Below, piece by piece: positions 18,769 to 29,295 of a stretch of 64,000 nucleotides of DNA. Numbering within the stretch: the first letter of the stretch is position 1; every line of letters starts with the position of its first letter. This DNA is from Geopsychrobacteraceae bacterium (GTDB lineage: Bacteria > Desulfobacterota > Desulfuromonadia > Desulfuromonadales > Geopsychrobacteraceae), in NCBI GenBank assembly GCA_963676795.2, contig CAXXTB010000002.1, forward strand, positions 2,304,001-2,368,000. The letters run 5' to 3'. The translations under genes were made by a program, and so were the position numbers. The notes under the pieces were generated by a model that was not told the DNA's origin, did not search any database, and saw nothing but the letters and a program-made list of their open reading frames with translations.

Positions 18769-21012
18769 TTAATTGTAGCGGAAGGTAAACTGCCCGGATT
18801 TGTAACCAATGTTAGCAGCTCCGCCTTTTCTCAATTCTCCGAACAGAATATTTTCCGCCAACGGATCGCTCAGTTCGTTCTGAATCAGCCGCCCTAACGG
18901 ACGGGCACCAAAGAGCGGATCATAACCGCGCTTGGCCAGTTCCTTGCGGGCAGCTGTCGAAACCTTGATCTTGACGTTACGCTCGGCCAGCTGAGCTTCG
19001 AGTTCCCCCAGGAACTTGTCAACGACCTGGAGCATGATCCCTTCGTCGAGCGGAGCAAAATGGACCACGGCATCGAGACGATTGCGGAATTCCGGAGAAA
19101 AGACTCTTTCCAGCGCATTTTTAGGCTTGGCCGCAACCCGGTCACCAAAACCGATCGGCGTCACATTGATCTCCCGTCCGCCGACGTTACTGGTCATGAT
19201 CAGCACAACGTTGCGGAAATCGGTCTCCTTGCCGTTGTTATCGGTCAGGGCCCCATGATCCATGACCTGCAGCAGAATATTGAACAGGTCGGGATGGGCC
19301 TTTTCGATCTCATCAAGTAGCAGCACCGACCAGGGATTCTTATTGACCGATTCGGTCAGCAAACCACCCTGATCGAAACCGACATAACCGGGAGGCGCAC
19401 CGATCAACCGGGCCACCGAATGCTTCTCCATGTACTCACTCATATCGAAGCGCAGGAACTTAACCCCCAGCTGGCTGGCCAGCTGTTTGGCAACCTCGGT
19501 CTTACCAACCCCGGTCGGACCGGTGAAGAGCAACGAACCGACCGGCTTGTCAGCATGGCCGAGTCCGGCCCGGGACCGGTGAATCGACTTGACCAGCTGC
19601 TCGATCGCCGGATTCTGGCCAAAAACCACCCGCTTGAGATCGCGTTCAAGATGGCGCAGCCGCTGACGGTCGCTGCCGGAGATGGAACGAATCGGCACGC
19701 GGGCCATACGGGCCACGACCCGTTCGATATCTTCGATATTGACCGGCCGTTTCGGGTTCCCTTCCAGACGATGCTGGGCCCCCGCCTCGTCGATCACATC
19801 GATCGCCTTGTCCGGCAGATGGCGCTGCGGCAGATGCTTGACCGCCAACTGAACGGCCGACTCAAGCGCCTCTTCGGTGTAAACGACCTTATGATGTTCC
19901 TGATAGCGCGGAGCCAGGCCACGCAGGATCTCCAGCGCTTCCTCGGCACTCGGCTCATGCAGGTCGATCTTCTGGAAACGCCTTGACAGAGCCCGGTCCT
20001 TGTCGAACAGGTTGCGGTACTCCTCGTAGGTGGTTGAGCCCATGCAGCGGATCTCCCCGGAACCGAGCGCCGGCTTGAGGATATTCGACGCATCGAGAGA
20101 ACCGCCGCTGGTCGCGCCGGCGCCGACGATGGTATGGATTTCGTCGATAAACAGAATGGCGTTGTCCCGCACCTGCAGTGCATTGACCACCGCCTTGAGG
20201 CGTTCCTCAAAGTCGCCGCGGAACTTGGTGCCGGCCAGCAGTGCGCCCATATCGAGGGTGAACAGCTCGCTGTCCTTGAGCAGATCAGGGACATTCCCTT
20301 CGGCCACCCGCAGCGCCAGCCCTTCGGCCATGGCAGTCTTGCCGACCCCAGGCTCGCCGACAAAGATCGGGTTGTTCTTGCGCCGGCGGCACAAGACAAG
20401 GATGGTCCGCTCCAGCTCCTGGTCACGGCCGATCAGCGGATCGATCTTCCCCTCTTTGGCCCGGGCGATCAGATCGATGGTATAGGCCTCAAGCGGATCG
20501 ACCTTCTTCTGCTTCTTTTTGTCAGGATCGCCGGAGGGAGCACGGTGAGGCTTCTCCTCCTCCCGCTTGGTCCCGGAGCCGTGAGAGATATAATCGAGCA
20601 GATCGACCCGTTCGATCCCCTGGCTCTGCAGAAAATAACAGGCGTGCGAATTCTCCTCTTCAAGGATCGCCGCCAACAGGTCGCCGACCCCGACCTCCGA
20701 CTGCTGCGCCGATTGCATGTGCAGGACGGTGCGCTGCAACATCCGTTGCAGGGCCAGCGTCTGGCGCGGGACCTCTTCCATCTTGACATCTTCGGGCAGC
20801 TGCTCGAGCTGACGCTCAAAAAACTCTTCGAGATGAATTTTAAGTTCTTCGATGTCACCGCCGCAGGCAATCAGGATCTGTTGTCCGACGCCCTCGAAGA
20901 GCAGCGCGTAGAGCACATGCTCAGTGGTCAGATATTCGTGTCTTCTGCGCTGCGCTTCACGCACAGCCAGGGTGAAAGCTACCTGGACATCCTGATTAAA
21001 CATCTCGGCCAT
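18769..21012 (-). CDS. clpA: ATP-dependent Clp protease ATPase subunit
   Basis: HEY.T.EH N-domain, GEPGVGKT and GPTGVGKT Walker A motifs, IGF loop; follows clpS. Confidence 0.95.
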   Translation of the reverse strand: MAEMFNQDVQVAFTLAVREAQRRRHEYLTTEHVLYALLFEGVGQQILIACGGDIEELKIHLEEFFERQLEQLPEDVKMEEVPRQTLALQRMLQRTVLHMQSAQQSEVGVGDLLAAILEEENSHACYFLQSQGIERVDLLDYISHGSGTKREEEKPHRAPSGDPDKKKQKKVDPLEAYTIDLIARAKEGKIDPLIGRDQELERTILVLCRRRKNNPIFVGEPGVGKTAMAEGLALRVAEGNVPDLLKDSELFTLDMGALLAGTKFRGDFEERLKAVVNALQVRDNAILFIDEIHTIVGAGATSGGSLDASNILKPALGSGEIRCMGSTTYEEYRNLFDKDRALSRRFQKIDLHEPSAEEALEILRGLAPRYQEHHKVVYTEEALESAVQLAVKHLPQRHLPDKAIDVIDEAGAQHRLEGNPKRPVNIEDIERVVARMARVPIRSISGSDRQRLRHLERDLKRVVFGQNPAIEQLVKSIHRSRAGLGHADKPVGSLLFTGPTGVGKTEVAKQLASQLGVKFLRFDMSEYMEKHSVARLIGAPPGYVGFDQGGLLTESVNKNPWSVLLLDEIEKAHPDLFNILLQVMDHGALTDNNGKETDFRNVVLIMTSNVGGREINVTPIGFGDRVAAKPKNALERVFSPEFRNRLDAVVHFAPLDEGIMLQVVDKFLGELEAQLAERNVKIKVSTAARKELAKRGYDPLFGARPLGRLIQNELSDPLAENILFGELRKGGAANIGYKSGQFTFRYN

Positions 21013-21013
21013 A

Positions 21014-21334
21014 TCAAGCCTCCTCTAGCGAACAGCGCAAAGGGAACCCGGCCTCCCTGGCCTTTCTTCGGGCCAGCTCCGCTTTTATTTCGGCAACAGC
21101 AAACGGGTATGTCCCGCAATGACCGACACCCTGGTAATGGATCGTCAACATGATCTGTTCCGCGTCGGACCAGTTCTTGTGAAAAACATCCTGGAGAACC
21201 TCCACGACGAACTCCATCGTGGTGTAATCGTCATTATGCATCAAGACCTTGAACAGTGACGGTGTCTGTACCTCCTGCCTGGTTTTGACTTTGACCCTGG
21301 TCTTATGTCCGGTATTGGTCGCTGGGTTACCCAT
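21014..21334 (-). CDS. clpS: Clp protease adaptor
   Basis: VLMHNDDYTTMEFVV, FPLRC. Confidence 0.95.
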   Translation of the reverse strand: MGNPATNTGHKTRVKVKTRQEVQTPSLFKVLMHNDDYTTMEFVVEVLQDVFHKNWSDAEQIMLTIHYQGVGHCGTYPFAVAEIKAELARRKAREAGFPLRCSLEEA

Positions 21335-21433
21335 AAAGCTTGATTCCTGTTTCCCTCTGCTTAATAATTACTAAAGATTTCTTTTTGCATAGTAGCACAA
21401 TCGACTCACGACAAGAAAGCCACTGGAGAGAGA

Positions 21434-21799
21434 TTGATGAATCAGATCTACGCGAACAAACGCCGCCGTCCCGACCTGATCCTCAGGCTCCTCGCCTGTA
21501 TGAACGCCAGCGCAGTAGTTTCCCTTGTCATCGCCCTCTTCCTCGTCGCTTTTGCCAAGCCCGACCTGGAAACCTTCTTCGATCGCTATTACAACATCGC
21601 CCTGCGCACAACCTGGGATCAAAGTTTCTTCGTCTATATCGGCTTTTTCCTTTTCCTGAGTCTGCTGACCAGTCTGCTCGGTCTCTATTTCAACAGCAAG
21701 CGCCTCAAGCGCAAGGGAGATTACATCCACTCGACCCTGGTCATCAGCCTGGTGATCTCCTGCATTGCCCTGTTTTTCTTTTTCCGGCTCATCATGTAA
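21434..21799 (+). CDS. Hypothetical membrane protein with three TM segments
   Basis: GGAG RBS, three hydrophobic segments with basic loops. Confidence 0.65.
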   Translation: MMNQIYANKRRRPDLILRLLACMNASAVVSLVIALFLVAFAKPDLETFFDRYYNIALRTTWDQSFFVYIGFFLFLSLLTSLLGLYFNSKRLKRKGDYIHSTLVISLVISCIALFFFFRLIM

Positions 21800-21957
21800 G
21801 TCGGAAAAATCGATCGTGAAATCCTTACGAGCAGCTCATTATCCTCTTAATAGGATAGCAAACTATTGTCGTTTCTGCGCCGCTCTTGTCCCCTTCACGC
21901 CACTCTGCTATGTTGGCAAAAATCCTGAAATCACTGCAATGACAAGGACCAACCTGA

Positions 21958-23235
21958 ATGATATCAAATAGTTTTTCTGACCCAACAGTTTTCATCCTGC
22001 CAGGAGTAACCCTCTTGCTCGGTCTCTTACTCGGCTGGCTGTGGGGACGCCTGCGGGGGCGCAGCAAAGAGAACGCGCTGAGTCAGCAACTGACGCGCTG
22101 TGAAGCAAAACTTGAAGCGGAAGTTGCCGGTTCGGCGGAAAAGATCCGGTTTCTCAAGGAAAGTCAACAACAGGTCGAAAGGAACTTTCAGGCCCTCTCG
22201 GCCCGGGCCCTGGCGGCCAACAACCGCAGCTTTCTCGACCTGGCCAAAACCACCCTTGACGGCTATCAACAGCAGGCCAAGGGAGATCTGGAGAAACGCC
22301 AGGACGCCATTTCGCAGCTGGTTCGCCCCCTGCAGGACTCGCTGCTCAAGGTCGACGCCAAGATCGAGGCGCTGGAGAAATCGCGTACGGACGCCTACGC
22401 CCGCCTCGATGAGCAGCTGAAAAGCCTGGTGGAAAGCCAGGGCAAACTGGAAAAAGAGGCCGGCAACCTGGTCAGAGCACTGCGCAACCCTTCTGTACGT
22501 GGTCGCTGGGGCGAGATCCAGCTGCGCAAGGTTGTCGAAATGGCGGGGATGGTCAACTACTGCGATTTTATCGAGCAGGAAACTGCGGCTGGCGGACGGC
22601 TGCGCCCCGACATGGTCATCAAACTGCCGAACGGCCGCAACATCATCGTCGACTCCAAGGCACCCCTACAGGCCTACCTCGACTCGCTGGAAGCAGGCGA
22701 CGATCAGCAGCGCACCCTGGCGCTCCAGCAGCATGCCCGCCAGATCCGCGACCACCTGCAGAAACTCTCGCAAAAGAGTTACTGGGAACAGTTTCAGCCG
22801 ACGCCGGAGTTTGTCGTGCTCTTCCTGCCCGGCGAGACCTTCTTTTCCGCAGCGCTGGCCCAGGATCCACAGCTGATCGAAGCGGGCGTCGAGCAGAAGA
22901 TCCTGCTCGCCACCCCGACCACCCTGATCGCCCTGCTCCGCTCGGTCGCCTACGGCTGGCGCCAGGAGCAATTGACCGAAAACGCCATGGAGATCAGTCG
23001 CTTGGGCAGTGAATTACACGACCGGCTGGCGACCATGACCGGACATTTCTCCCAGCTCGGCAAAGGGCTCGACAAGGCGGTCGAAGGGTACAACAAGGCG
23101 ATGGCGTCTTTTGAGAGCCGGGTTCTCGTCTCGGCGCGTAAGTTCAGGGAGCTCGGCACCAACGGCAGTAAACAGATAGAGAACCTCGGTGCATTGAATA
23201 CCCATCCGCAGGCAACGAATGGGGATGAAGAGTGA
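21958..23235 (+). CDS. rmuC: DNA recombination protein RmuC
   Basis: N-terminal TM, coiled coil, [37 protein letters not shown]. Confidence 0.93.
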   Translation: MISNSFSDPTVFILPGVTLLLGLLLGWLWGRLRGRSKENALSQQLTRCEAKLEAEVAGSAEKIRFLKESQQQVERNFQALSARALAANNRSFLDLAKTTLDGYQQQAKGDLEKRQDAISQLVRPLQDSLLKVDAKIEALEKSRTDAYARLDEQLKSLVESQGKLEKEAGNLVRALRNPSVRGRWGEIQLRKVVEMAGMVNYCDFIEQETAAGGRLRPDMVIKLPNGRNIIVDSKAPLQAYLDSLEAGDDQQRTLALQQHARQIRDHLQKLSQKSYWEQFQPTPEFVVLFLPGETFFSAALAQDPQLIEAGVEQKILLATPTTLIALLRSVAYGWRQEQLTENAMEISRLGSELHDRLATMTGHFSQLGKGLDKAVEGYNKAMASFESRVLVSARKFRELGTNGSKQIENLGALNTHPQATNGDEE

Positions 23236-23246
23236 TTGGACGTTGA

Positions 23247-23561
23247 TCAGATAAACAGGGCAATCATTCCCCCCACGGTGCCCGCCGCTTTCAGATATTG
23301 GCCGACCCTGTAATAAGCATCCTGCTCCGCCGTGTCTTCCTCAAGGTCGATCCCGAGTGTTCCACACGCCAGAAACTTGAGTTTTTTAGTGCTGAAGTCA
23401 GGATCGGGCGAACTCTCTTTAACACCATCTGCGCCCTCGCCAGCGGCGACAGCGTCCGGGGCCGGCACCGTTTCCTCAGCTTCAGCCTCTGTCGACCTCA
23501 GGGATATATCCAGCGCGGAATATTGCAGTATCGGAAGACTCTGACTCGAAGAGACATTCAT
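23247..23561 (-). CDS. Small hypothetical protein, paralog of 25060..25335
   Basis: Shares K.(L/F)ACG.LGID...Y..GQY..AA..V...I.LF(I/V)-stop with the paralog. Confidence 0.7.
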   Translation of the reverse strand: MNVSSSQSLPILQYSALDISLRSTEAEAEETVPAPDAVAAGEGADGVKESSPDPDFSTKKLKFLACGTLGIDLEEDTAEQDAYYRVGQYLKAAGTVGGMIALFI

Positions 23562-23878
23562 ATGCGCCCCATAGTAAAAAATTAATAGGAACCAATCGCA
23601 GACTACCTCAAGTAGCCCCTAAGTACTGCAACGATACGGTAACAGTTCTTTGTAATTAATTAGCGTTTTTGAATTCCGTAGCATGTCAGCCCCCTGCCCA
23701 AACACAAGAAACGCAACGGAATGTATCAGATCTCCACACTGCCTTACTCACCAGCTGAGTTTTCCATATTCGAGATACAGCACGATACGCAAAAGCTATA
23801 CAGAACCCCTCGAAAGCAAGCGATAAGGGGGGACGTTTGAATAACAACCATGACATTTACTATTTTCTGGAGGCTTCC

Positions 23879-24982
23879 GTGAAAAGGCTATTGTTGATTT
23901 CCGTTATCTTACTCTGTACCGCAGGGTGTTCGATGGATCTTCCCAACCCACCATGGGTCTCAACCTCCTTGAAAATTACACCGCTGTCGAAATCGGATTA
24001 CGACACATCAATCGACGGGCAACTGGCAACACTCATCAATCAGGTCGAAAAGCAACTGGCGGGGCTGGCCTGCAAAGACATTGGAGTTCTTCAGGTGGTC
24101 GATCTTGAGGGGGAAGAAGGAACCTTTGAAAAATATATCAAGGATGAACTGGTCAACAGGCTTTCACGGAGTGCCAAATTCAGAGTCTTCCCCATCGATG
24201 ATCTATCGGAAAATTACGAGAACAGAAAGACCTCGATGTGGGAAGAGGTCAAATATTATTTTATCAATGAACCCGTCTATCTGACCGGAACGACCGTTGA
24301 TCTGCCCAGAGGCGTCAGGGTCGGGGTACAGATCGTATCGATGAAAACGGGACAGGTTAAGAGCACGGCTTCGATGCTATTTCATAAAGACCAGGCTCTC
24401 AGGGAGCTGACGGATGAGACAGTTGAAGGCCGGATCGGTCATGACATGGCGGGCTTCAGCCAGTATGACAACTCTTCATCCGGACGGGTACTGAAGGTCA
24501 GTGATAATGATTTCATCGATCTGATTCGTGATGTTTACACGCTCTATATCAAAAGAATCAATTTTGAGTACAACCTGTTTGTCGACGCAGAATCCACGGT
24601 CGAAATCTTTCTGAATGAAGACTACCGCATCATGAGTGTTGGCGATATGCTCAGCTTTTCCTACGGCAGTCATGAGTTCGTCCTGTCTTTGCAGCGCGTG
24701 GCCAATCATCGGGCCATTTTCACCTTTGCCAGCCTGAACCCACTTGAAGAGGATACCACGACCAGCTCGCTCTTTAATAACAATAGAGCTCCAAGCCATC
24801 TTTTCGCGACGGAGTGGAAAGCCCCTGATCAACCAGGCTCCGGGGTAGCGATACTGAACGCTGGCATAACGCCTGCCCCGCTCGCCATCCCGGCAGATTA
24901 TTGCATCGCTTTTATTGCAGGGATCGCCCCCGGCATCAGACGCCGCCAACAGAGCAAAGAGCAGACCAGCGTTGTGGGGTAA
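23879..24982 (+). CDS. Lipoprotein with FlgO-like domain
   Basis: GGAGG then GTG start; lipobox LCTAG-C; IGV..VVDLEG....KYI.DEL..RL and LTGT......V.V..QIV..KTGQV.STAS resemble the FlgO/CsgG-type fold. Confidence 0.6.
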   Translation: MKRLLLISVILLCTAGCSMDLPNPPWVSTSLKITPLSKSDYDTSIDGQLATLINQVEKQLAGLACKDIGVLQVVDLEGEEGTFEKYIKDELVNRLSRSAKFRVFPIDDLSENYENRKTSMWEEVKYYFINEPVYLTGTTVDLPRGVRVGVQIVSMKTGQVKSTASMLFHKDQALRELTDETVEGRIGHDMAGFSQYDNSSSGRVLKVSDNDFIDLIRDVYTLYIKRINFEYNLFVDAESTVEIFLNEDYRIMSVGDMLSFSYGSHEFVLSLQRVANHRAIFTFASLNPLEEDTTTSSLFNNNRAPSHLFATEWKAPDQPGSGVAILNAGITPAPLAIPADYCIAFIAGIAPGIRRRQQSKEQTSVVG

Positions 24983-25059
24983 CAGGGACTGCAGCCTCAA
25001 CTATTGCTTTTTCTGTCGCAAGGGGCACGACACAATAACCGTCAGCAAAAGGGGGAACG

Positions 25060-25335
25060 ATGAATATCACACCGCCAAGCAACCCCTATCGTCAATATCT
25101 GGAGACCAGTAAGGCCGCTAAAACAAAAGATGACATAACGCCGACAGAAACTGAGGATAGCAGCCTCGAAGGGATAAAGAACTTTGCCTGCGGACTGCTG
25201 GGCATCGATGAACCCAACAACGCCAGTGCAGAAACACAGCAGGCGTCCTCCGAGGGGGACAGCCTGCTCTATAACGCCGGTCAGTATGTCAGTGCTGCGG
25301 CATCGGTTGCCAGTATCATCAGCCTCTTTGTCTGA
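25060..25335 (+). CDS. Small hypothetical protein, paralog of 23247..23561
   Basis: GGGGGA RBS; same conserved C-terminal motif as the paralog. Confidence 0.7.
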   Translation: MNITPPSNPYRQYLETSKAAKTKDDITPTETEDSSLEGIKNFACGLLGIDEPNNASAETQQASSEGDSLLYNAGQYVSAAASVASIISLFV

Positions 25336-25376
25336 TCAGTTCTTAAAACAGAACCATGCCATCAGGTTCACAAAAT

Positions 25377-26612
25377 TCAATCCTGGCGATGCGTCCACTT
25401 TTTGACCTGTTTATCAACTCCATCGCGCAGCCCTTTTGCCCCCTTTTTAAATTTCATGAGCCACAAGCGGGCCCAAGCGAATTCGATCGAGAGGACCCCC
25501 AGCCCGACAGGGATAATCAGGATCGCGGGACCGGGGAGAAAAATCATCACCACGCCGATCAGCAGGATCGACGAACCGACAATCAGGATAACAACCCGCC
25601 GCGCCTGCCTGTAAGTCAGCTGGACCAACCTTTCAAAATCATCAAGGAACGGCGAAAGCAAGGCCGCCGGGTCATTCTTGCCGACAATCAGCGAAGCCGC
25701 AACCCCCACCGACAATAGCCCGCAGATAACCGCCAGAGAGACGACATTCGGAATCGGGTAGTGATGATGGAGCAGCATCTTGACACCGACATAAGCGAGG
25801 ATAAAGACCAGGCTCATCTTCAGATAGCGGAATCGCTCCATCAACCCGGCAATGGCAAAATAGAGCGACCTTAAACCCAAAATCGCGAAGACGTTGGAGG
25901 TAAAGACCAGGAAAGGATCGCGTGTCACCGCCAGGACCGCCGGAATTGAGTCGAGGGCGAACATCACATCACTGGTCTCGACCAGGATCAGGGACAAAAG
26001 CAGCGGGGTTCCAGCACGCCGACCATCGATTCTGATGAAGAAGCGCCCTTCGGCAAACTCGCTGCTGAACGGATAGATGCGCCGCGCCAATCTGACGGCC
26101 AAGTTCTGGTCGGGGTGAATGGTGTCGTGTCGGGCGATCAGCATCTTGACCGCGGAAACCATCAGGAAGAGTCCGAAAAAGTAGAACAGCCATTGAAACT
26201 GATTAAGCAGACCGATTCCGGCAAAGATCATCACCCCGCGCAGCACAACGGCGGAAAGAATCCCCCAGAACAACACTCGGTGCTGCTCGTTCAAAGGCAC
26301 CCTGAAAAATGAAAAGATCATCGCGATGACAAAGATGTTGTCGATCGACAGCGATTTCTCCAGCAGGTAGCCGGTCAGAAACTGGGTCGCCGCCTGCCTG
26401 CCGGTCAGCTCAGCGGTCCAGCCCTGCCAGCTCTGATCATACAGAAAATAGACCAGGACGTTAAAGAGCAGTGCCAGGCTGATCCAGAACAGGGTCCAGG
26501 CCAGGGCCTCATGGATCGAAATCATATGCGACTTGCGATGGAAAACCCCAAGATCAAGGGCAACAATGACAATAACCAGCAGCAGGAACAGAAGCCAGAC
26601 AACGAGACTCAT
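25377..26612 (-). CDS. TerC/Alx-family membrane protein fused to a C-terminal PGPGW-like domain
   Basis: EKSLSIDN.FV, QHRVL.WG, DVMFALDSIPA, TSNVFAILGLRSLYF; tail LPGPAILIIPVGL..L..EF.WA. Confidence 0.85.
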   Translation of the reverse strand: MSLVVWLLFLLLVIVIVALDLGVFHRKSHMISIHEALAWTLFWISLALLFNVLVYFLYDQSWQGWTAELTGRQAATQFLTGYLLEKSLSIDNIFVIAMIFSFFRVPLNEQHRVLFWGILSAVVLRGVMIFAGIGLLNQFQWLFYFFGLFLMVSAVKMLIARHDTIHPDQNLAVRLARRIYPFSSEFAEGRFFIRIDGRRAGTPLLLSLILVETSDVMFALDSIPAVLAVTRDPFLVFTSNVFAILGLRSLYFAIAGLMERFRYLKMSLVFILAYVGVKMLLHHHYPIPNVVSLAVICGLLSVGVAASLIVGKNDPAALLSPFLDDFERLVQLTYRQARRVVILIVGSSILLIGVVMIFLPGPAILIIPVGLGVLSIEFAWARLWLMKFKKGAKGLRDGVDKQVKKWTHRQD

Positions 26613-26651
26613 AAGATTTCCAAAATTAAAGAAAATGAGAAGATATCCGGT

Positions 26652-27284
26652 TCAGCTGCCAAACAGCCCACTTGACAACAGCCCGTTGAATACAAACTGA
26701 ACGGCAAGTGCGGTCAGCAGCACACCGAAAACCCGGCTGATAACATGCATCCCGGTGACTCCAAAAACACGCTGAACACGGGTAGCTGCAAGCAGCAGAA
26801 CCAGGGTCAGCAGTAGAACCAGCAGCAGTGCAAGCAGCACTCCGAGCTCATGAAGAAGATCTCCCTTACCGTTGGCCATCAGCAGAATTGCCGAACCCAT
26901 CGCCCCCGGACCGGCAATCAGCGGCGTCGCCAGCGGCACGATAGACACGTCCTGCTTGCCGAAGGCCTCGCTGGTCTCTTCATCAGTCGTCGATGTCCCC
27001 CCCGATTGACGGGCGAAAACCATTTCGATACCGATCAACAACAGCAGAATTCCGCCGGCAACTTTCAGCGCAGCCAGAGAAATCCCCAGAGAACGCAGCA
27101 ACAGCTCACCGACCAAGGCAAAGGCAAACAGAATCAGGGCGGAAACGGCTACCCCGCGCAGAGCCATGATACGGCGAAAATCGGCCGTCGCAAGCGGGGT
27201 CATGGCGGCGAACATGACGGCCACGTCGATCGGACCGATGGTCGCGAAAAAGGTTGTAAAGGCGACAATAAAGGTTTCCAGCAT
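26652..27284 (-). CDS. MarC-family membrane protein
   Basis: GISL...KVAGGILL, VPLATPLIAGPG, SRVFG.LL.ALAVQF. Confidence 0.9.
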   Translation of the reverse strand: MLETFIVAFTTFFATIGPIDVAVMFAAMTPLATADFRRIMALRGVAVSALILFAFALVGELLLRSLGISLAALKVAGGILLLLIGIEMVFARQSGGTSTTDEETSEAFGKQDVSIVPLATPLIAGPGAMGSAILLMANGKGDLLHELGVLLALLLVLLLTLVLLLAATRVQRVFGVTGMHVISRVFGVLLTALAVQFVFNGLLSSGLFGS

Positions 27285-27352
27285 TGCATCGCTCCACCAG
27301 TAAAGCATCCCGTAACAGCGAATTCGAAATATGGCTCAAAAAAACAGCTGTT

Positions 27353-28069
27353 TCAGCGCCACGCCAACCAGAGCCGTTCCAGACTGGTAATCAGACTGTG
27401 CTGCAGCTGTTGCCACTCCTCCCCACCGGCAACCGGCCATTTCTGGTTCAGTTCCAGCTCGATCCCCAGATAGGAATCTCGCGGGTAGCGTTTGCGCAAA
27501 GCGGTGACGAGGGCATCCGCTGCGCCGCGGTAGGGGTAATTGCGGCGCACCCGGAAAGGCGCTGCGTTGCTCTTAAGTTCCTTCTGCCAGCGCTGGCAGA
27601 AGTCTTTTTCCAGCGGGCGCTGCGGATCATAGAGCAGGCCGATATCGGCATTACGCAGCTCTCCGTTCAACTCCGGGGTAAAGCTGTGCAGCGAGATATG
27701 ACAGACCCGGCAGCGGTCTGCCACGCAGCGGTCGATCCTCTCGCTGACCTGCCTGCGGTGCGGATGATAAAACTTTTCCAGCACCTCGCCCTTTTGCACC
27801 GGACTCAGACTCGCACTGTAGGCGGAAAACAGCGCGGGATGCCCCGGCGAGCGGTTCAGCTCGACCAGCAGCCGGGTGACATCGGCGATATCGAGGGGCA
27901 GCTGAAAATGCTCCGCCAGCCGCCGGGCGAACGGGACGATCCCCAGGTCGTAACCGCGGTGACTGTCAAGCACCTCCCCGGCTCCGGCAAAAAGCTCTTC
28001 ATACCCTTGCGGAACCCGGTTGCCGCCATGCTCGCAGGAAAGCACCAGTTGCCAGCATCCTCCGCTCAT
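27353..28069 (-). CDS. N-formylglutamate amidohydrolase family protein
   Basis: SCEHGGN, HRGYD.G, RLLVELNR, SLHSFTP, N.PY.G, IELE. Confidence 0.85.
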   Translation of the reverse strand: MSGGCWQLVLSCEHGGNRVPQGYEELFAGAGEVLDSHRGYDLGIVPFARRLAEHFQLPLDIADVTRLLVELNRSPGHPALFSAYSASLSPVQKGEVLEKFYHPHRRQVSERIDRCVADRCRVCHISLHSFTPELNGELRNADIGLLYDPQRPLEKDFCQRWQKELKSNAAPFRVRRNYPYRGAADALVTALRKRYPRDSYLGIELELNQKWPVAGGEEWQQLQHSLITSLERLWLAWR

Positions 28070-29295
28070 AGGAATAGAGCCCCCTGCTCCAGACAGCCGG
28101 ACAACCGGCCGTAGAGCGCAAACAGGTCCTGCGCATCGTACTCATCCGGCAGCGCATTGAGAATCCGCTGAGCCAGCGAGCCGCGTTCGAGCAGCAGCGT
28201 CAGGGCAGCGCGGTGTTCTGTGACCAGCTCAGGTTCGAGCCGGGCATAAAGTTGCCGCCATAGGTCAGCGATGGTCATCGCCTCCTCATTACAACCGAAA
28301 CAACGCAGGTAGTCGGTAGCGCTGATCTGGGTCTCCCTGCCGGAGCCGATCGAGCGAACAAAGAGCTCGGCCAGCGGTCCGGTCGTCAGCGCCTGCTGTT
28401 GCGCGCTGCTGCTCCACTCTTCGCGGCAGAGCGCCCGAATCAGGGCAATCACCAAGGCGGCGATCGCCAGATCCATCTGCGGGCATTCCTGCAGGTCGAG
28501 GACCCTGATCTCGATGGCGCTACGTTCGAAACGGGCAATCGCGCCGCGCGAATTGAGCCATTCGTCCTGAAGAATCCCCTGCGGATCGAAAGGGGCGATC
28601 GCCTGATAGCTGCGCTGTAGGATCTGCTGCTGGTAATCCGCCCTGGTGAAAACCGCTTCGGGAATGATCTGTCCGGCGATCTGTGGGACCTTCTTCTGGT
28701 TATGCCGATAGAATTCCAGCCGGTTGTCGAGCAGCCCGGTGCGTCGCCCGTCGACCAGCGGCGAACTGGCCGCCAGGGCCGGCAGCAGCGGCAGCACCAG
28801 ACGGATCGCCGCATGCAGGCGGCCGAACTCCTCGTCCCCGCAAAACGGCAGGTTGATGTGCATGCTCTGCAGGTTCGACCAACCGTGGCCGCGACAGTCA
28901 AAGATCCGGTTATAGGCCTCATAGATCGGCCGGTAGTCATGCGGCCAGAGGTGCATCTCGCGGTGCGGATCCATCCAGGGGTGCATCGCTGTGCCGAGCA
29001 GCCTGCAGTCAAGCTCCTCAAGCAGGCGATTGACCTGCTTCACCCCTTGCTGAAAATCCTCAGCCACCCCGTTGAGAGAGGCTGCCGGACCGTTGGTTTT
29101 CAGCTCAACCACATGGAGCACCAGTTCATTCGACCAGCATAAGGGGCCGACCTCGACCTCGTTGACCAGTTCGCCGGCAACCTTTTTAAGCAACTGATCG
29201 CTCACCGGCCGGACATTCAGAGTCGTCCGGTCGACGATCATGTATTCCAGCTCGATACCGAAGCCTTCAAACAGATGGAGGGGTTTGTCGCTCAT
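28066..29295 (-). CDS. Glutamate--cysteine ligase family 2 (carboxylate-amine ligase)
   Basis: GIELEYMIVD, E.KT, MHP, SMHINL, ASSP, IEIRVLD. Confidence 0.85.
   Translation of the reverse strand: MSDKPLHLFEGFGIELEYMIVDRTTLNVRPVSDQLLKKVAGELVNEVEVGPLCWSNELVLHVVELKTNGPAASLNGVAEDFQQGVKQVNRLLEELDCRLLGTAMHPWMDPHREMHLWPHDYRPIYEAYNRIFDCRGHGWSNLQSMHINLPFCGDEEFGRLHAAIRLVLPLLPALAASSPLVDGRRTGLLDNRLEFYRHNQKKVPQIAGQIIPEAVFTRADYQQQILQRSYQAIAPFDPQGILQDEWLNSRGAIARFERSAIEIRVLDLQECPQMDLAIAALVIALIRALCREEWSSSAQQQALTTGPLAELFVRSIGSGRETQISATDYLRCFGCNEEAMTIADLWRQLYARLEPELVTEHRAALTLLLERGSLAQRILNALPDEYDAQDLFALYGRLSGCLEQGALFL

Noticed and set aside
23770..23836. GEMM (c-di-GMP/cGAMP) riboswitch suggested by ACGCAAAAGCTATA and CGAAAG
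   Set aside because: Elements are in the wrong order and P1/P2 stems cannot be built; same for the GCAAACC at about 10306
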